A stretch of 64,000 nt of DNA from the IMG/VR virus record IMGVR_UViG_3300045988_159027; one strand, 5' to 3'. The first letter of the stretch is position 1, and every line of letters starts with the position of its first letter. Source of the stretch: a virus. Positions 33,535 through 44,378 of this stretch are shown one piece after another. The translations under genes and the position numbers were made by a program. Under the pieces are notes generated by a model. The model saw nothing but the letters and a program-made list of their open reading frames with translations, was not told where the DNA came from and did not search any database.

Positions 33535-36500
33535 ATGGCATACAACAGGAACCAACAAGCACGAATAGACGTATATATAGGCGGAACTACTCAGGCAAAA
33601 AAGCAGCTTCAGGAAATGAAGAACGAAGCTGCTCAACTGTCGAAGGAGATAGAGTCCATGAAGCAGCAGCAGCTTTTTGAACTTGATCCGAAAGCTTATG
33701 ATGAACTTGGGAAAAAAATACAGGAAAGTGAGAAACGTTTCAAGTCCATGAATAAGGTCATAAGGGATACTGAAAGACAGATATACAACATATCAAAGGA
33801 GTTAAGCGACCTTTCAGGTGAAACGGAACGTAACTTAAAGTCAAGCCGTAATTATTATCAGCAGCAGCTTGCACGAACAGACCCTAAAGACCTTGAAAAA
33901 ATGCAATATAACGCTTCCATGCTGAACAAAATCATGGAAGAGCTTGAGCGTCGTAAGAAGAATATAGAAGGTTTCGCTACAATATTCGGGAATATACGCG
34001 ATGCATCCGACAAGGCACTTTCAACGCTTCGCCAGCGTTTACAGGAAGTGATGGGAACTACCAAGGAAGGAACTGAGGAAATGGCCAGATTCTCAGAACA
34101 GCTTCGCACGGTGGAAATGGAGCAATCGAGGAGGGTGACTCAGCAGGCAAAAACCACTTTGGGACAAGTTCAGACTGGGACGTTTGACGGGACTATCGGG
34201 CAGACGAAAGAGGCTATCAAATTGCTTGAAGAATACAAGCAGAAGCTTAAAATCAGCGACACAAAGGGAATAAAGGAGGTCGAAGATGCTATTGCCACGC
34301 TTAATGGGAAAATAAAGACTACTTCTGATGAAGTTATAAGTCTGGATGAAGCTCTCGACAAGGCCGGTAAAGTTGGAATGGGTACTTTTGACGGGACGTA
34401 CGAAGACCTTCAGCAGTTGAAAAAAACATTGCAGGACTATCAAAGCCAGTTAAAAGTGGGCGACACGAAGCAACTGGATAAAATAAGGAATGCTTTTAAG
34501 GATATTGAATCTGCAGAGCAGGCGGTCTCCAATAAGCTTGTAAATGTAGACGATGTAATGAAACGCTTGCGTACGGCTCCGCTTGAAGAATTGCAACAGG
34601 CTGCCGCACAATTGCAGAAAGAACTAACGGAGTCAACCAGACGTACAGAGGAGTATGTAAAGACATCAGCTAAGCTTCGTCAGGTAAGTGCACAGATAGA
34701 CGATGTGAAAAAAAGCTGGCAGGAGCACGACAACCAGATTGTAGCTACAGCGAAAAGACTTACATCGTATGTGCTGGTTTACGCCGGATTCAATGAAATC
34801 GTCGGGCGTATAAAGCAAATGGCTCAGGCGAATTTTGAACTTAGCGACAGCATGGCTGACATCCAGAAAACAACCGGGCTTTCCAGTGAAGAGATTGCGA
34901 ATCTTACAAAAAACATAGATAAGATAGACACACGAACGGCGCAGGAACAGCTTTATAGTCTTGCGGCTTCGGCTGGACAGGCAGGTCTGAAAACGGAGGA
35001 AGATGTGCTTGGATTTGTGCGTGCGGCAGATCAGCTTACTATTGCATTAAATGAACTTGGTAATGAAGGTGTAAACACCCTTCTAAAAATCAGCAATCTT
35101 ACAGGAGAAGGTAAACTTCTGGGAACAGAAAAAGCTTTATTGGCTATTGGTAGTTCTATCAATGAATTGTCTGCTGCAAGTTCTGCCACAGCCGGACCTA
35201 TTACCGATATTATTAACCGTATTGGCTCTGTGGCAAGCGTATCCAAGATTACTATGGCGGAAATGGCAGCTCTCGGTGCGGTTATGGATGAAAATGCTGA
35301 AAGCGCGGAAGTGGCAGGTACGGCTCTTACCTCATTTATATCTGCATTACAGACTAATACAAGGTCAATCGCTATGGCTGTAGGTATAGATGATAAAGTC
35401 CTTGAAGACATGATAAGCGCAGGTAAAACCATGGATGCTATGCTGGTTGTTCTGGGTAAGTTGAAGGGGATGAGTGAAGAGGATGGATTGAAGGCATTAG
35501 CTCCTATAATGAAAGAATTTGGGAGCGAGGGAGAGCGTATGAACCGAGTTATCACTACGCTTTCACAGAACACTGATGTACTTCGTTCTCGTGTAGAATT
35601 ATCACGCCAGGCGTACGCTGAAGCCACTAGTGTGACCAATGAAGCAAATATTAAACAGGAAAGTGCCATTGGTATAGTAAACCGACTTGGCAACGAAATA
35701 AAGGAAACATTCGTTAATTCAAATGCCGTAGAAAGACTAAAAGAGTTTCTATCCACGCTACTTGATTTTGTAAAATGGTTAAAAAGCGGATCTGACGGAG
35801 CAGAAGTATTTAAAACTTCAGTTACTTCACTTGTTCTTGGGCTTGCATCTTTTACGGTTGCAGCAAAAGCGGCAGGTGCGGCAATATTCACAGCAAGTAC
35901 ATATACAACGTTGTGGAAGGAAGGATTTTCTGCATTGAATACAGCCATGAAAAAAAATGTAATTGGACTTGTGGTTGCCGGAATAACTACGCTTGGTTAT
36001 GCTGTATATGATTTGTTGACAAAAGTTAGCGATATTACAAAAGCCACCAATGATTACAACAAGGAACTTGAGCGTGAAAGGCTTCGTGTAGATGCGCTTT
36101 TTGAAGGGGCAAAGAAAGAGAATCAGGAAAAGGATGTAAAACTGAAACTTATCAACCAGATAAATGACCGATATGGAGATTATATAGGATTCCTCCTTAC
36201 GGAAGCTGACAGTAACGAAAAACTTTCTGCTGCACAGGAACTTGTAAACGCTAAAATACGTGAAAGGCTATCGTTGCTTTTAAAGGAAAAACTTCAGGAA
36301 CAAGCGGCTGAAAAGACCGCATCAGGAGTAAGTACAGCACTTGGTAATATAAAACAAGGACTTCAAGAAACACAGGGTATTTCAGATGTACGGTCAGATG
36401 AAGCGTTGCGCGTAGTGCAGCAGATAGTAAACCGTGATATTAAAAAGCCGGTAGATGAAATTGTAAAGCAGGTTTACGCTACCTTGCGTGAAAAGTTCTC

Positions 36501-39309
36501 CACGGAAGGGAATGCCTACACTTATCAGGATTTTTTCAAAGTAAGTGAAGGGGTTCGCGATTATATCAATGTGCTGAAAGATTACGACAAGGCAGTTGAT
36601 TCGGCTGTAACTGAAACGGAAGAGAAAATAAACGCAGCAAATCAGGATGTAAAGGCGGCAAATACTAAAATGCTGAATGCCATTACATCCGAATGGAACG
36701 AATTGCAGAAGGTAAAAACAGATTCATTGAATGAAAACCAGCTTTTAGAACACAATGAGAAGCTGAAAAAGGCAGCCAATGAATATATCAAAATAGCCAA
36801 ACAGCAGATTTCTCTTCTTTCTGGCGAAGAGAAGCAGCAGTTGCAAAGCTATGTGGATTTCTATGAGAAAGCCATTTCGCAGGTAGAAAAGACTTCCAAG
36901 CAAAAAGAACCGAATATATGGGGATATGGACGCACAATAGACGATGCAAGTGTAGACCAGCTTGTAGCTAAATACAAGCAATTTTTTGCTGAAAGAACAA
37001 GTATGCGAAAAGATGCCGACTATTCTACTGCATACGCCAAAGAGTTTAAGGATAGGGCAGAAGCTATGGACTGGTACATGAAGAAACTGAAAGAAATTGA
37101 AGCACAGCTTAACAAGATGGGGTATAATACCAGTGGAGAGCTGTTGAACGACAAGTCCGGCTCCAGGGGCGAAAAAAGAGAAATGAATGATGAAATGACC
37201 GCTGCGCTTTCTGCACTTGAGGCATATTTCGTATCCCGTGAGACGCTGATAAAGGAACGGCGTGCAAATGAGGAAATTACCGAGCAGGAAATGAACCGTC
37301 AGCTCGAGGCTAACGAATTTGAGCATCTTAACGCACGGATAAAACTTCGCAGGTCATTCCTTGGTGACATGGAATCGCTTAGTAAGGAAGAGATGAAAAC
37401 TTACGGTCTTGATGGTAAAGACTTGGAAAAACTGTCAAAGTACCTTCTGGATAAAGGTCAGGCCATGCAAGACGGAATAAGGCTTAAACTGGTAGAAGAC
37501 GAACTGAAGATGCGTGAAGACCTGCTGAAGCACCAGGAAGCCATACGGAAAATTCTTCTTGACAATGACTATACCGGACAAGTAGACAAGGAATTTATGT
37601 CTGCAATAGACAAACTTGAACTCCTTTTCGGGAAGCAGGAAGAAATGACAGAGGAATCCGGTATTCGGCGTATGAACATTCTCCGTTCCATGTCTCAGGA
37701 AGCATATCTTATTGATGTGGAGGAGTTCAGGAAAAGAATTGAAGCGCAGACTGAATTTTCCGAATGGAGAAAAGACAAGACTACGGAAGACTATCAGGCG
37801 CTTCTTTACATGCTTCAGAAGTATAATGATGATTACGAAGCAGCAGAAAACCGTGCCATCGAGCGCAGGAAAAAGATTGCCGAAAAGAAATGGGAAAAGA
37901 GCGGACAGAAGGAAGACTGGCAGACAAGGACCGATGAATCTCAGGCAAACGTTGACTTGATGCAAACCGCAAGCGGACTTGGTCTTGCTTCAGACAGCAT
38001 GGTGGAGGATGCGAAACTGGAATACTACAAGCTGCGGATAGAAGCATCGAAGGCTTATCTTGAACAGATGGAGCAGGAAATGCAGATGGAAGTTGACAAA
38101 GCTTATCAGGAAAAGCTGCTGGCAGACGCAAAACTGGAGGAAGTTGAGGGCACAGACCTTGAAGCGGATTACAGGGACAGATCGCTTGAAGCAAATGCGG
38201 CATACGAAGCAGCAAAGCGCGCACAGATGCAAATGACGCTCGATGCCCGGCAAAAATTGAATGAAGCCATGAATGACCTAGATAATCAGGAGATGGAAAT
38301 TCAGGAACGTAAACTGAATACATTGAAGGAATATACCGATGCCATTGTAGATTTCAGCGGGCAAATGGGTGAAGCGGCTTTTGGAGAAGTGGAAGACAGA
38401 AAACAGGCTGCCCAACAGCTTATTCAGACAACCATGAATCTTACAAAGCAACTTATTATGCAGAAGATTCAGGAACTTCTAACCAAGAAGGCGCTTAAAA
38501 AACAGGAAGTGGCTATTGAGCAGTCGGGAAACCAGTCAATTGTGCAAAGCGCCGGAAGTACGATCATTTCCGGGCTTGCAGCGAGCGAAAAAGGAATGGG
38601 CGGTAAAATAACGGGCGCTATTGCCGGCGGTTCTGCTAAAATTATAGAAGAGTTGGGCTGGTGGGGTATTCCTCTGATAGCCGTAATTTCTGCTGCGTTA
38701 AATGGACTTATGGGACTTGCTATGGGCGCATTTACAAAGTCAAAACAGGAAGTTGCGGCAGTAACTGGAGCATCATCAAGCAGCAAGGGCCGTGTAGCAG
38801 CCGGAATGCTTACCTACGCAGAGGGTGACTATCCGGTACTGGGAAACGACGGACAGATATACAACGCACGCTACCAGAAGGAACTTAAAACGGGAGTGTA
38901 CAGCGGAGGTGCGCATTTCGGTATTTTCTCTGAAAAGAAGCCTGAAATGATTGTGGACGGCGATACTACACAGAAGCTTATTCTGAACTATCCGCACATC
39001 TACGACAGCATTCTCACCATTGCGCGGCACGGGCAGCTTAAATCGGCCGCCATGCCGACATTTGCCAGCGGGAACTATCCTTCTATGCCGGCGCAGATTA
39101 CACAGGTAGCATCCGGAGCTACGGATATGAATATTCAGAACGAGCAGATGACACAAATGCTCGGGAGTGTGGCCGAAGCGCTTTCCACACTGAACGAGCG
39201 TCTGAGCAAGCCGATTCGCGCCGCCGTAGACCCATACGGGAGCAAGGGTGCGGTAAACCAGTTGAACAAAGCCAGCAATTTCATGACCAAACGCGGACTG
39301 ATAAAATAA
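33535..39309 (+). CDS. tail tape measure protein
   Basis: 1924 aa with long coiled coils. The TP901-type core reads ...ADIQKTTGLSSEEIANLTKNIDKIDTRTAQEQLYSLAASAGQAGL... Has C-terminal hydrophobic segments. Confidence 0.9.
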   Translation: MAYNRNQQARIDVYIGGTTQAKKQLQEMKNEAAQLSKEIESMKQQQLFELDPKAYDELGKKIQESEKRFKSMNKVIRDTERQIYNISKELSDLSGETERNLKSSRNYYQQQLARTDPKDLEKMQYNASMLNKIMEELERRKKNIEGFATIFGNIRDASDKALSTLRQRLQEVMGTTKEGTEEMARFSEQLRTVEMEQSRRVTQQAKTTLGQVQTGTFDGTIGQTKEAIKLLEEYKQKLKISDTKGIKEVEDAIATLNGKIKTTSDEVISLDEALDKAGKVGMGTFDGTYEDLQQLKKTLQDYQSQLKVGDTKQLDKIRNAFKDIESAEQAVSNKLVNVDDVMKRLRTAPLEELQQAAAQLQKELTESTRRTEEYVKTSAKLRQVSAQIDDVKKSWQEHDNQIVATAKRLTSYVLVYAGFNEIVGRIKQMAQANFELSDSMADIQKTTGLSSEEIANLTKNIDKIDTRTAQEQLYSLAASAGQAGLKTEEDVLGFVRAADQLTIALNELGNEGVNTLLKISNLTGEGKLLGTEKALLAIGSSINELSAASSATAGPITDIINRIGSVASVSKITMAEMAALGAVMDENAESAEVAGTALTSFISALQTNTRSIAMAVGIDDKVLEDMISAGKTMDAMLVVLGKLKGMSEEDGLKALAPIMKEFGSEGERMNRVITTLSQNTDVLRSRVELSRQAYAEATSVTNEANIKQESAIGIVNRLGNEIKETFVNSNAVERLKEFLSTLLDFVKWLKSGSDGAEVFKTSVTSLVLGLASFTVAAKAAGAAIFTASTYTTLWKEGFSALNTAMKKNVIGLVVAGITTLGYAVYDLLTKVSDITKATNDYNKELERERLRVDALFEGAKKENQEKDVKLKLINQINDRYGDYIGFLLTEADSNEKLSAAQELVNAKIRERLSLLLKEKLQEQAAEKTASGVSTALGNIKQGLQETQGISDVRSDEALRVVQQIVNRDIKKPVDEIVKQVYATLREKFSTEGNAYTYQDFFKVSEGVRDYINVLKDYDKAVDSAVTETEEKINAANQDVKAANTKMLNAITSEWNELQKVKTDSLNENQLLEHNEKLKKAANEYIKIAKQQISLLSGEEKQQLQSYVDFYEKAISQVEKTSKQKEPNIWGYGRTIDDASVDQLVAKYKQFFAERTSMRKDADYSTAYAKEFKDRAEAMDWYMKKLKEIEAQLNKMGYNTSGELLNDKSGSRGEKREMNDEMTAALSALEAYFVSRETLIKERRANEEITEQEMNRQLEANEFEHLNARIKLRRSFLGDMESLSKEEMKTYGLDGKDLEKLSKYLLDKGQAMQDGIRLKLVEDELKMREDLLKHQEAIRKILLDNDYTGQVDKEFMSAIDKLELLFGKQEEMTEESGIRRMNILRSMSQEAYLIDVEEFRKRIEAQTEFSEWRKDKTTEDYQALLYMLQKYNDDYEAAENRAIERRKKIAEKKWEKSGQKEDWQTRTDESQANVDLMQTASGLGLASDSMVEDAKLEYYKLRIEASKAYLEQMEQEMQMEVDKAYQEKLLADAKLEEVEGTDLEADYRDRSLEANAAYEAAKRAQMQMTLDARQKLNEAMNDLDNQEMEIQERKLNTLKEYTDAIVDFSGQMGEAAFGEVEDRKQAAQQLIQTTMNLTKQLIMQKIQELLTKKALKKQEVAIEQSGNQSIVQSAGSTIISGLAASEKGMGGKITGAIAGGSAKIIEELGWWGIPLIAVISAALNGLMGLAMGAFTKSKQEVAAVTGASSSSKGRVAAGMLTYAEGDYPVLGNDGQIYNARYQKELKTGVYSGGAHFGIFSEKKPEMIVDGDTTQKLILNYPHIYDSILTIARHGQLKSAAMPTFASGNYPSMPAQITQVASGATDMNIQNEQMTQMLGSVAEALSTLNERLSKPIRAAVDPYGSKGAVNQLNKASNFMTKRGLIK

Positions 39310-39316
39310 TGACACG

Positions 39317-41446
39317 ATGAAAGGACTACAGATAAAGATTAACAGCCAGTGGGTAAAGCTGTCGGAAGATTTTTCCATTACACTGGAGCAGTCGAACCCA
39401 CTTTTCAATGACCAGGGAACATTCTCGTTCCCTTTCGAAATTCCGCTGGAACCCAACCGCGAAATTTTCAAGAACATTGCCGATCCTTGGGGAGACATTA
39501 ACCTGAAGGACATTGACCGTATGCCCGCAGAGCTTTGGGTGGACGGCATAATGATATACCGTGGTGTGATAGAAACAGACGATGAAGTGGAGTTTGAAGA
39601 TACACTTCCGGTCACATTCATTTCCGGTAACAGTGATTTCATGGACCGTATAGAAGGAATGAATGCAAGGGATATTCCGCTCGACAGGGAGATAAAACTT
39701 GGATATAGGGTAAAATCAGCTTCCACACAATATTCCAATACGGATGATAATTTATTTATAACCATATACCTTAACGATGGAGTGATGAATTACACCGAGA
39801 GCAACGAATCGGACCCTTATCCTATAAAGCCATATTGCAATGTAAGGGTATGTACACCAAACGATGCAGGAAGCTATAATATATTGGAACCCAGAAGACC
39901 GTACAGCGGTGTATGCTTCTACGTAATGTATCTTCTTGATTGTTTCTTCAAATATCTGAATATCGGCGTACAAAAGAACGATTTGTCCACAATGGAAGAC
40001 ATGTGCCGTCTGGCATTTTTCAGCACGCAGTGTCATACGGAAGAAAAGGGAGATTCATTTTCTGTATCATGGACAGATATTATGATGAATAATTTTATGG
40101 GTTCATCATTTTCTCTTCATTATGACTTAAAGTATAATGTAATTCCAAGTGCTAATTCATACAGAACAATTGCGACATTTCTTACCCAGAACTTTTCTTA
40201 TAGCGCGGTGAATGTTTTTGCTACCAATCAGAATTTCCCGGATGTAGAAATGGAAGATTTGATTGAAGACCTGCAAAATGCTTTTGGTATTCGGTTCTTG
40301 TACGACAGTGCAAAAAATACGATGGATGTCATATATATAAAAGACATTCTGAAATCGGATGAAACATCCATTCTTGATGTGGAAATAGTGGGGATGCAGT
40401 TGAAAAAATCAAAAGAAAAGACCATACGCCTTACATACGGCCAGGAAGATGATACTGCATTCAATTATGATGATTATTCCAATGTGAAGGAGAAGAATAA
40501 TTACATGGAGATTCTTCAGCAGGGACAAGCATCCAATGACACCACATGCTATCAGGATAAACTTACAGGGAACTCCTATCGTATAAAAGTGGACGAGAAT
40601 ACTGGAGGAAATCCTTCTTTGTTTGAGGTTGGCGGATTTCGTGATTATTTAATCGGAGGCACATCGACGGAAGAAGAGGAAGATGAAATATCTATCAACT
40701 TTGCTCCGGTGATGATAAATGATGTAAACGGTCAGACAGTAGTTTCAGAGGCTATGTCTGGTAAAGAAGGTCAGCAGATTCTGGCTGTATTTGCCGATCA
40801 GGAACTTCTGTCGGAAAGGAATGCAAGTTTCAGTCTTATTCCCGGGATATTGGGCGTAGCACCTTCTCACATGATGAGATACAAGCATGAGATAACGCTG
40901 AGCTATCTTTCCGATGAAAATTATGACAAAGAATCAGCAGAAGAATCACCCATGCGTACTTACGATGCCGGATTTTGTCTTGGAATCATGCGCGGTCCTG
41001 GTAGCAAATCTGGCATAGACTATAGTCCTAATTACGACGGTGAAGGAAACGACTCGTGGGTACATACGGTAGCCAACAGTGCTTTTACAGCCGACAGCTG
41101 CGATAACTTTGGACGGTTCTTTGATTACAACGGCACGGAGCAGGGTGGAGTAGACCAGTCCGGACGATTCTCGCTCAAGCTGGTGGCCGGGAAAGACAAG
41201 TATCCCGCTTCTCAGGCATACCAGGACCGTGGGCTGGTGTCAAAATTCCTTTCGGAATATCTTTACTTCCTTTACAACCGGAAGACCGTGATACTGACAG
41301 TAAGAATGACCATATCGCAGATTGCAGGACTGGATATGCTCAAGCGCTACCAGATAGGTAACTATGTGGGATTCATTAACAAGTTATCCTACAGCATTGA
41401 CCGTAGCGGGATTACGGAGGTGACAATCGAACTATATACCATTTAA
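39317..41446 (+). CDS. distal tail / baseplate hub protein (by position)
   Basis: 709-aa ORF immediately after the tape measure. Confidence 0.5.
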   Translation: MKGLQIKINSQWVKLSEDFSITLEQSNPLFNDQGTFSFPFEIPLEPNREIFKNIADPWGDINLKDIDRMPAELWVDGIMIYRGVIETDDEVEFEDTLPVTFISGNSDFMDRIEGMNARDIPLDREIKLGYRVKSASTQYSNTDDNLFITIYLNDGVMNYTESNESDPYPIKPYCNVRVCTPNDAGSYNILEPRRPYSGVCFYVMYLLDCFFKYLNIGVQKNDLSTMEDMCRLAFFSTQCHTEEKGDSFSVSWTDIMMNNFMGSSFSLHYDLKYNVIPSANSYRTIATFLTQNFSYSAVNVFATNQNFPDVEMEDLIEDLQNAFGIRFLYDSAKNTMDVIYIKDILKSDETSILDVEIVGMQLKKSKEKTIRLTYGQEDDTAFNYDDYSNVKEKNNYMEILQQGQASNDTTCYQDKLTGNSYRIKVDENTGGNPSLFEVGGFRDYLIGGTSTEEEEDEISINFAPVMINDVNGQTVVSEAMSGKEGQQILAVFADQELLSERNASFSLIPGILGVAPSHMMRYKHEITLSYLSDENYDKESAEESPMRTYDAGFCLGIMRGPGSKSGIDYSPNYDGEGNDSWVHTVANSAFTADSCDNFGRFFDYNGTEQGGVDQSGRFSLKLVAGKDKYPASQAYQDRGLVSKFLSEYLYFLYNRKTVILTVRMTISQIAGLDMLKRYQIGNYVGFINKLSYSIDRSGITEVTIELYTI

Positions 41447-41460
41447 GGAAAAAATAAAAC

Positions 41461-42582
41461 ATGGCAATACAGGTATTACAGCAGCCGCCACAGATAGCAT
41501 TTGCAGGCGACCCCATAGTGGTTAAGGCAAAAACCACGCTGAGCGGAAAAACGTTTCTCCGCATAAAGATTACGGTCAATGCCACCGCATTTGCCGGATC
41601 TGAAGAGTTTCCTTATTCAGAAAGTTACTCATTCGAGGTAGGATCTGACGGGATAGCCGTTTTCAATATTGGAGAAACCATAAAAACTACGCTGTCACGA
41701 AAGATGACGTTTGATGTGAACGGCACGCAGACCCTTTCACAGATGATATACGCTGCACGATACACCATTACCTACAAGGAGTCATATATTGACGGTATGG
41801 TAGAGATAGAAGAAGGTGAAACCACTTCCGAGCAGTACAATGCCATACCCGGAAGGCTCACGGAGTTTGAACGCCTTACCACATCCAATGTAGATACCAC
41901 AGAGATTTTAGGTGAGGGACGCATCTTGAGCCGTAAACCGGAGGGAGATATTGTCCCATTGGGATGGATACTGTGTATTCCTGCAGTAAGTACCCGATCG
42001 GACACCATTACCTACAGCGTGGTGCAGGGAGAAGAATCGAAAGAATATTCCGAATACACACGTGGTGCGCTGGTCCCGGATTCATTGCAAATAATCACAT
42101 CATCGTTGAAGGAAGGTGAGCTTACAGTGAACACCGGATTTGAAACCGGGAAGAAGCGCTATGCGGTAAAGACAAACCCGCTCATGCGCCACTTCATATT
42201 CCTGAACGGGTTCGGTTTGATGGAAAGTGTAGTCGCTTTTACGCGCGATTCGCTGGAGTATGACATACAGAGTGAGCTTTACACGCTTCCTGCTGACATT
42301 TCCTACCGTGCTACCACGCGCACTGCCAGCTATGCACAGACGCCTTCAGGAACTTTTTCCATGAGCAGCGGATTTGTAAACAGAGAGTGGGCCGAATGGT
42401 GGCTCACGGAATTTGTGGTGACGCGAAAGGCATGGATGTACGATAACGGCACATACATACCCGTCGCCATCATACCAGAAGAGACGAACAAACTTTATGA
42501 CCGCGCTAAACCAGGTCTTATTTCCGTGAATTTCAGTGTGCGGTATGGATTCTCAGGAAGTACTATGAACTCATTCGTCTAA
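41461..42582 (+). CDS. tail/baseplate protein (by position)
   Basis: 373-aa ORF. Its 3' end overlaps the convergent regulator gene by 12 nt. Confidence 0.5.
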   Translation: MAIQVLQQPPQIAFAGDPIVVKAKTTLSGKTFLRIKITVNATAFAGSEEFPYSESYSFEVGSDGIAVFNIGETIKTTLSRKMTFDVNGTQTLSQMIYAARYTITYKESYIDGMVEIEEGETTSEQYNAIPGRLTEFERLTTSNVDTTEILGEGRILSRKPEGDIVPLGWILCIPAVSTRSDTITYSVVQGEESKEYSEYTRGALVPDSLQIITSSLKEGELTVNTGFETGKKRYAVKTNPLMRHFIFLNGFGLMESVVAFTRDSLEYDIQSELYTLPADISYRATTRTASYAQTPSGTFSMSSGFVNREWAEWWLTEFVVTRKAWMYDNGTYIPVAIIPEETNKLYDRAKPGLISVNFSVRYGFSGSTMNSFV

Positions 42583-43860
42583 CGGAAGGAATCCTTCTCC
42601 GTTTTTCTTCTGTAGTTTTTCTTTCAACCGGATAACCTGCTGGCGGAGCATACGGTTCTCTTCCAGCAGGATTTCCGCACTGGTTACACCAAATGAAATA
42701 TCCATGCGATTCTGATCCGAAATAAGATAGTAAGGTGTTACTTCCAACCGGTTGCATATCTCCAGCATGTCTTTTATTCGCATGGTGCTGTTTTCTTTTC
42801 GCCATGCACGAAGTTTCCATTCGCTAATATTCATACGTTCAAGCAGTTCCGAGCGGTTTATACCCGTCACGCTCTCCTTCCCGAAAAAATCATTCACATA
42901 TTCCGGATGGAAAACTACCGTCTTCCAGTTGTCCGACCGGTAATAGTCGTACACATTTACTTCCGGAACAATGCCGTTATCCCGATAGAATATGTGTCTT
43001 GTGCTGATATGGTATTTGTTGCAAAGTTTCACCAGCGAGGTAATCAGCATGTTTCCTTCGATGAACAGTTCGCTGAAATTCTGCATGCCGGCATCCTGAA
43101 TCACTTTTCGTCTGGACACTCCCACGACGATATGAAAGTTCTCCAGCAGTCCCCAGTTAGCCTTCCATTCCCTGACTTTCCTGTCTGCGTAGGTATATTC
43201 GGTGCTTTCTTCTGCCACAAGCTCCGTTTCCTTGATTCTTGCTTTCAGCTTGCGGTTTTCATCCAGAAGTGATATTCGTTCCTGCCGGTATTGCCTTATA
43301 GCCTCTTTGAGTTCCGAAATTTCCTGCCACACGCGCGGCGATATTTCCGTCTCGGTGGCCGCGTACTTTTCAAGCTTCTCATTCTCGTCTTCCATGAACA
43401 CGTCTATGTCGATTCCGAAACGGTTGCATATTCCGATAAGCCAGTTAACCGTACACCCTCCTATCTTCGGATTCTGCCACCTTACGATACTGGTGACTGA
43501 TATTCCGCTCTGACGCGAAAATTCAGCAAGCGAAGGAATTTTGGTAAGTCCCTGCGGACCGTAGAGCCAGCGCAAGTTTTCGGGTATGAATCTCACCTCT
43601 TTAAAATCTTCATCCGGTATGACATATTTGAAGCGATTACCGAGTAAATTTTCAGGAGGAGCCGACATAATGAAGTTTGACAGGCTTATGTGGAATGTGT
43701 TGCACACCATTACGATGTCATGCACGAGTATATTGTCTTGATTATCAACCTTTCTTTTATACATGTATGATTTTCCGTACACCTTCTCCGACACGCCTTT
43801 TTCGCTCAGACCGAAGAGCTTGGGAAGATTATTGAACAGGAAAGAATTGAAATAGTACAT
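42571..43860 (-). CDS. multi-HTH regulator (four XRE-like repeats plus coiled coils)
   Basis: The pattern ...(I/V)..L..(I/V)CN.(F/Y/L).(I/V).... recurs four times (CNTFHISLSNFI, CNRFGIDIDVFM, CNKYHISTRHIF, CNRLEVTPYYLI). Two leucine-zipper-like stretches are present. Confidence 0.65.
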   Translation of the reverse strand: MYYFNSFLFNNLPKLFGLSEKGVSEKVYGKSYMYKRKVDNQDNILVHDIVMVCNTFHISLSNFIMSAPPENLLGNRFKYVIPDEDFKEVRFIPENLRWLYGPQGLTKIPSLAEFSRQSGISVTSIVRWQNPKIGGCTVNWLIGICNRFGIDIDVFMEDENEKLEKYAATETEISPRVWQEISELKEAIRQYRQERISLLDENRKLKARIKETELVAEESTEYTYADRKVREWKANWGLLENFHIVVGVSRRKVIQDAGMQNFSELFIEGNMLITSLVKLCNKYHISTRHIFYRDNGIVPEVNVYDYYRSDNWKTVVFHPEYVNDFFGKESVTGINRSELLERMNISEWKLRAWRKENSTMRIKDMLEICNRLEVTPYYLISDQNRMDISFGVTSAEILLEENRMLRQQVIRLKEKLQKKNGEGFLPLDE

Positions 43861-43871
43861 AAAAAATCAGT

Positions 43872-43926
43872 TTAAAATTGTTATTTCCGTAACAATTATA
43901 ATGCGATTGTCAAATTAAAATTGTTA
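43872..43926. promoter_or_regulatory. dispersed palindrome, site 3 (three half-sites)
   Basis: TTAAAATTGTTA (43872-43883), TAACAATTATAA (43890-43901) and TTAAAATTGTTA (43915-43926). The spacer tgcgattgtcaaa contains TGCGATT, the reverse complement of the AATCGCA shared by sites 1 and 3 (site 2 has AGTCGCA; TCGCA is common to all). Confidence 0.6.
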
Positions 43927-43997
43927 CTTTGTAGGGTAAAAATAACAAAAAACGACCGAAACCGCAAAAGCGAGAAACGACAATATATATCAGAAGT

Positions 43998-44378
43998 ATG
44001 AAAATGAGCATCATTGAAGCATTATCCGAAAAAAAGTTGAGCCCCATGCGGCTGGGATTTAGCCGCTACCTGGTGGAACATTACGGAATGAGCATGAGCA
44101 CGGCGTACCAGAAGATCAGGTTGAACCGCGTGCGCCGGTGGGAGGCGGAAGGCGTGGAAAAATGCCTGAGAGATTTTGATCCTGACTACGAAGGGGAACT
44201 GAAAGACTTCTTTTCCGGTGTGAGAAAGAAGGGAGAATTTATCGAGTTCATGAAAGAACGAGGTATGGGCGAACATGCGCTGCGTGCGCATTTCCGTAAC
44301 TTCGATTTCACGGAAGTAGAGCTTCGCGGGCTGGAATCTATTTATAAGGAGTACAAGAAACAAATGGAGGAAATGTGA
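43998..44378 (+). CDS. small HTH-like protein, first rightward early gene
   Basis: 126-aa ORF. YLVEHYGMSMSTAYQKIRLNR looks like an HTH. Confidence 0.55.
   Translation: MKMSIIEALSEKKLSPMRLGFSRYLVEHYGMSMSTAYQKIRLNRVRRWEAEGVEKCLRDFDPDYEGELKDFFSGVRKKGEFIEFMKERGMGEHALRAHFRNFDFTEVELRGLESIYKEYKKQMEEM

Noticed and set aside
35031-39765. Minus-strand ORFs 35031-35948 and 38776-39765 inside or opposite the tape-measure and next tail gene.
   Set aside because: They are Ser/Ala/Ile-rich shadow frames of a 1924-aa coiled-coil gene, with no independent support.
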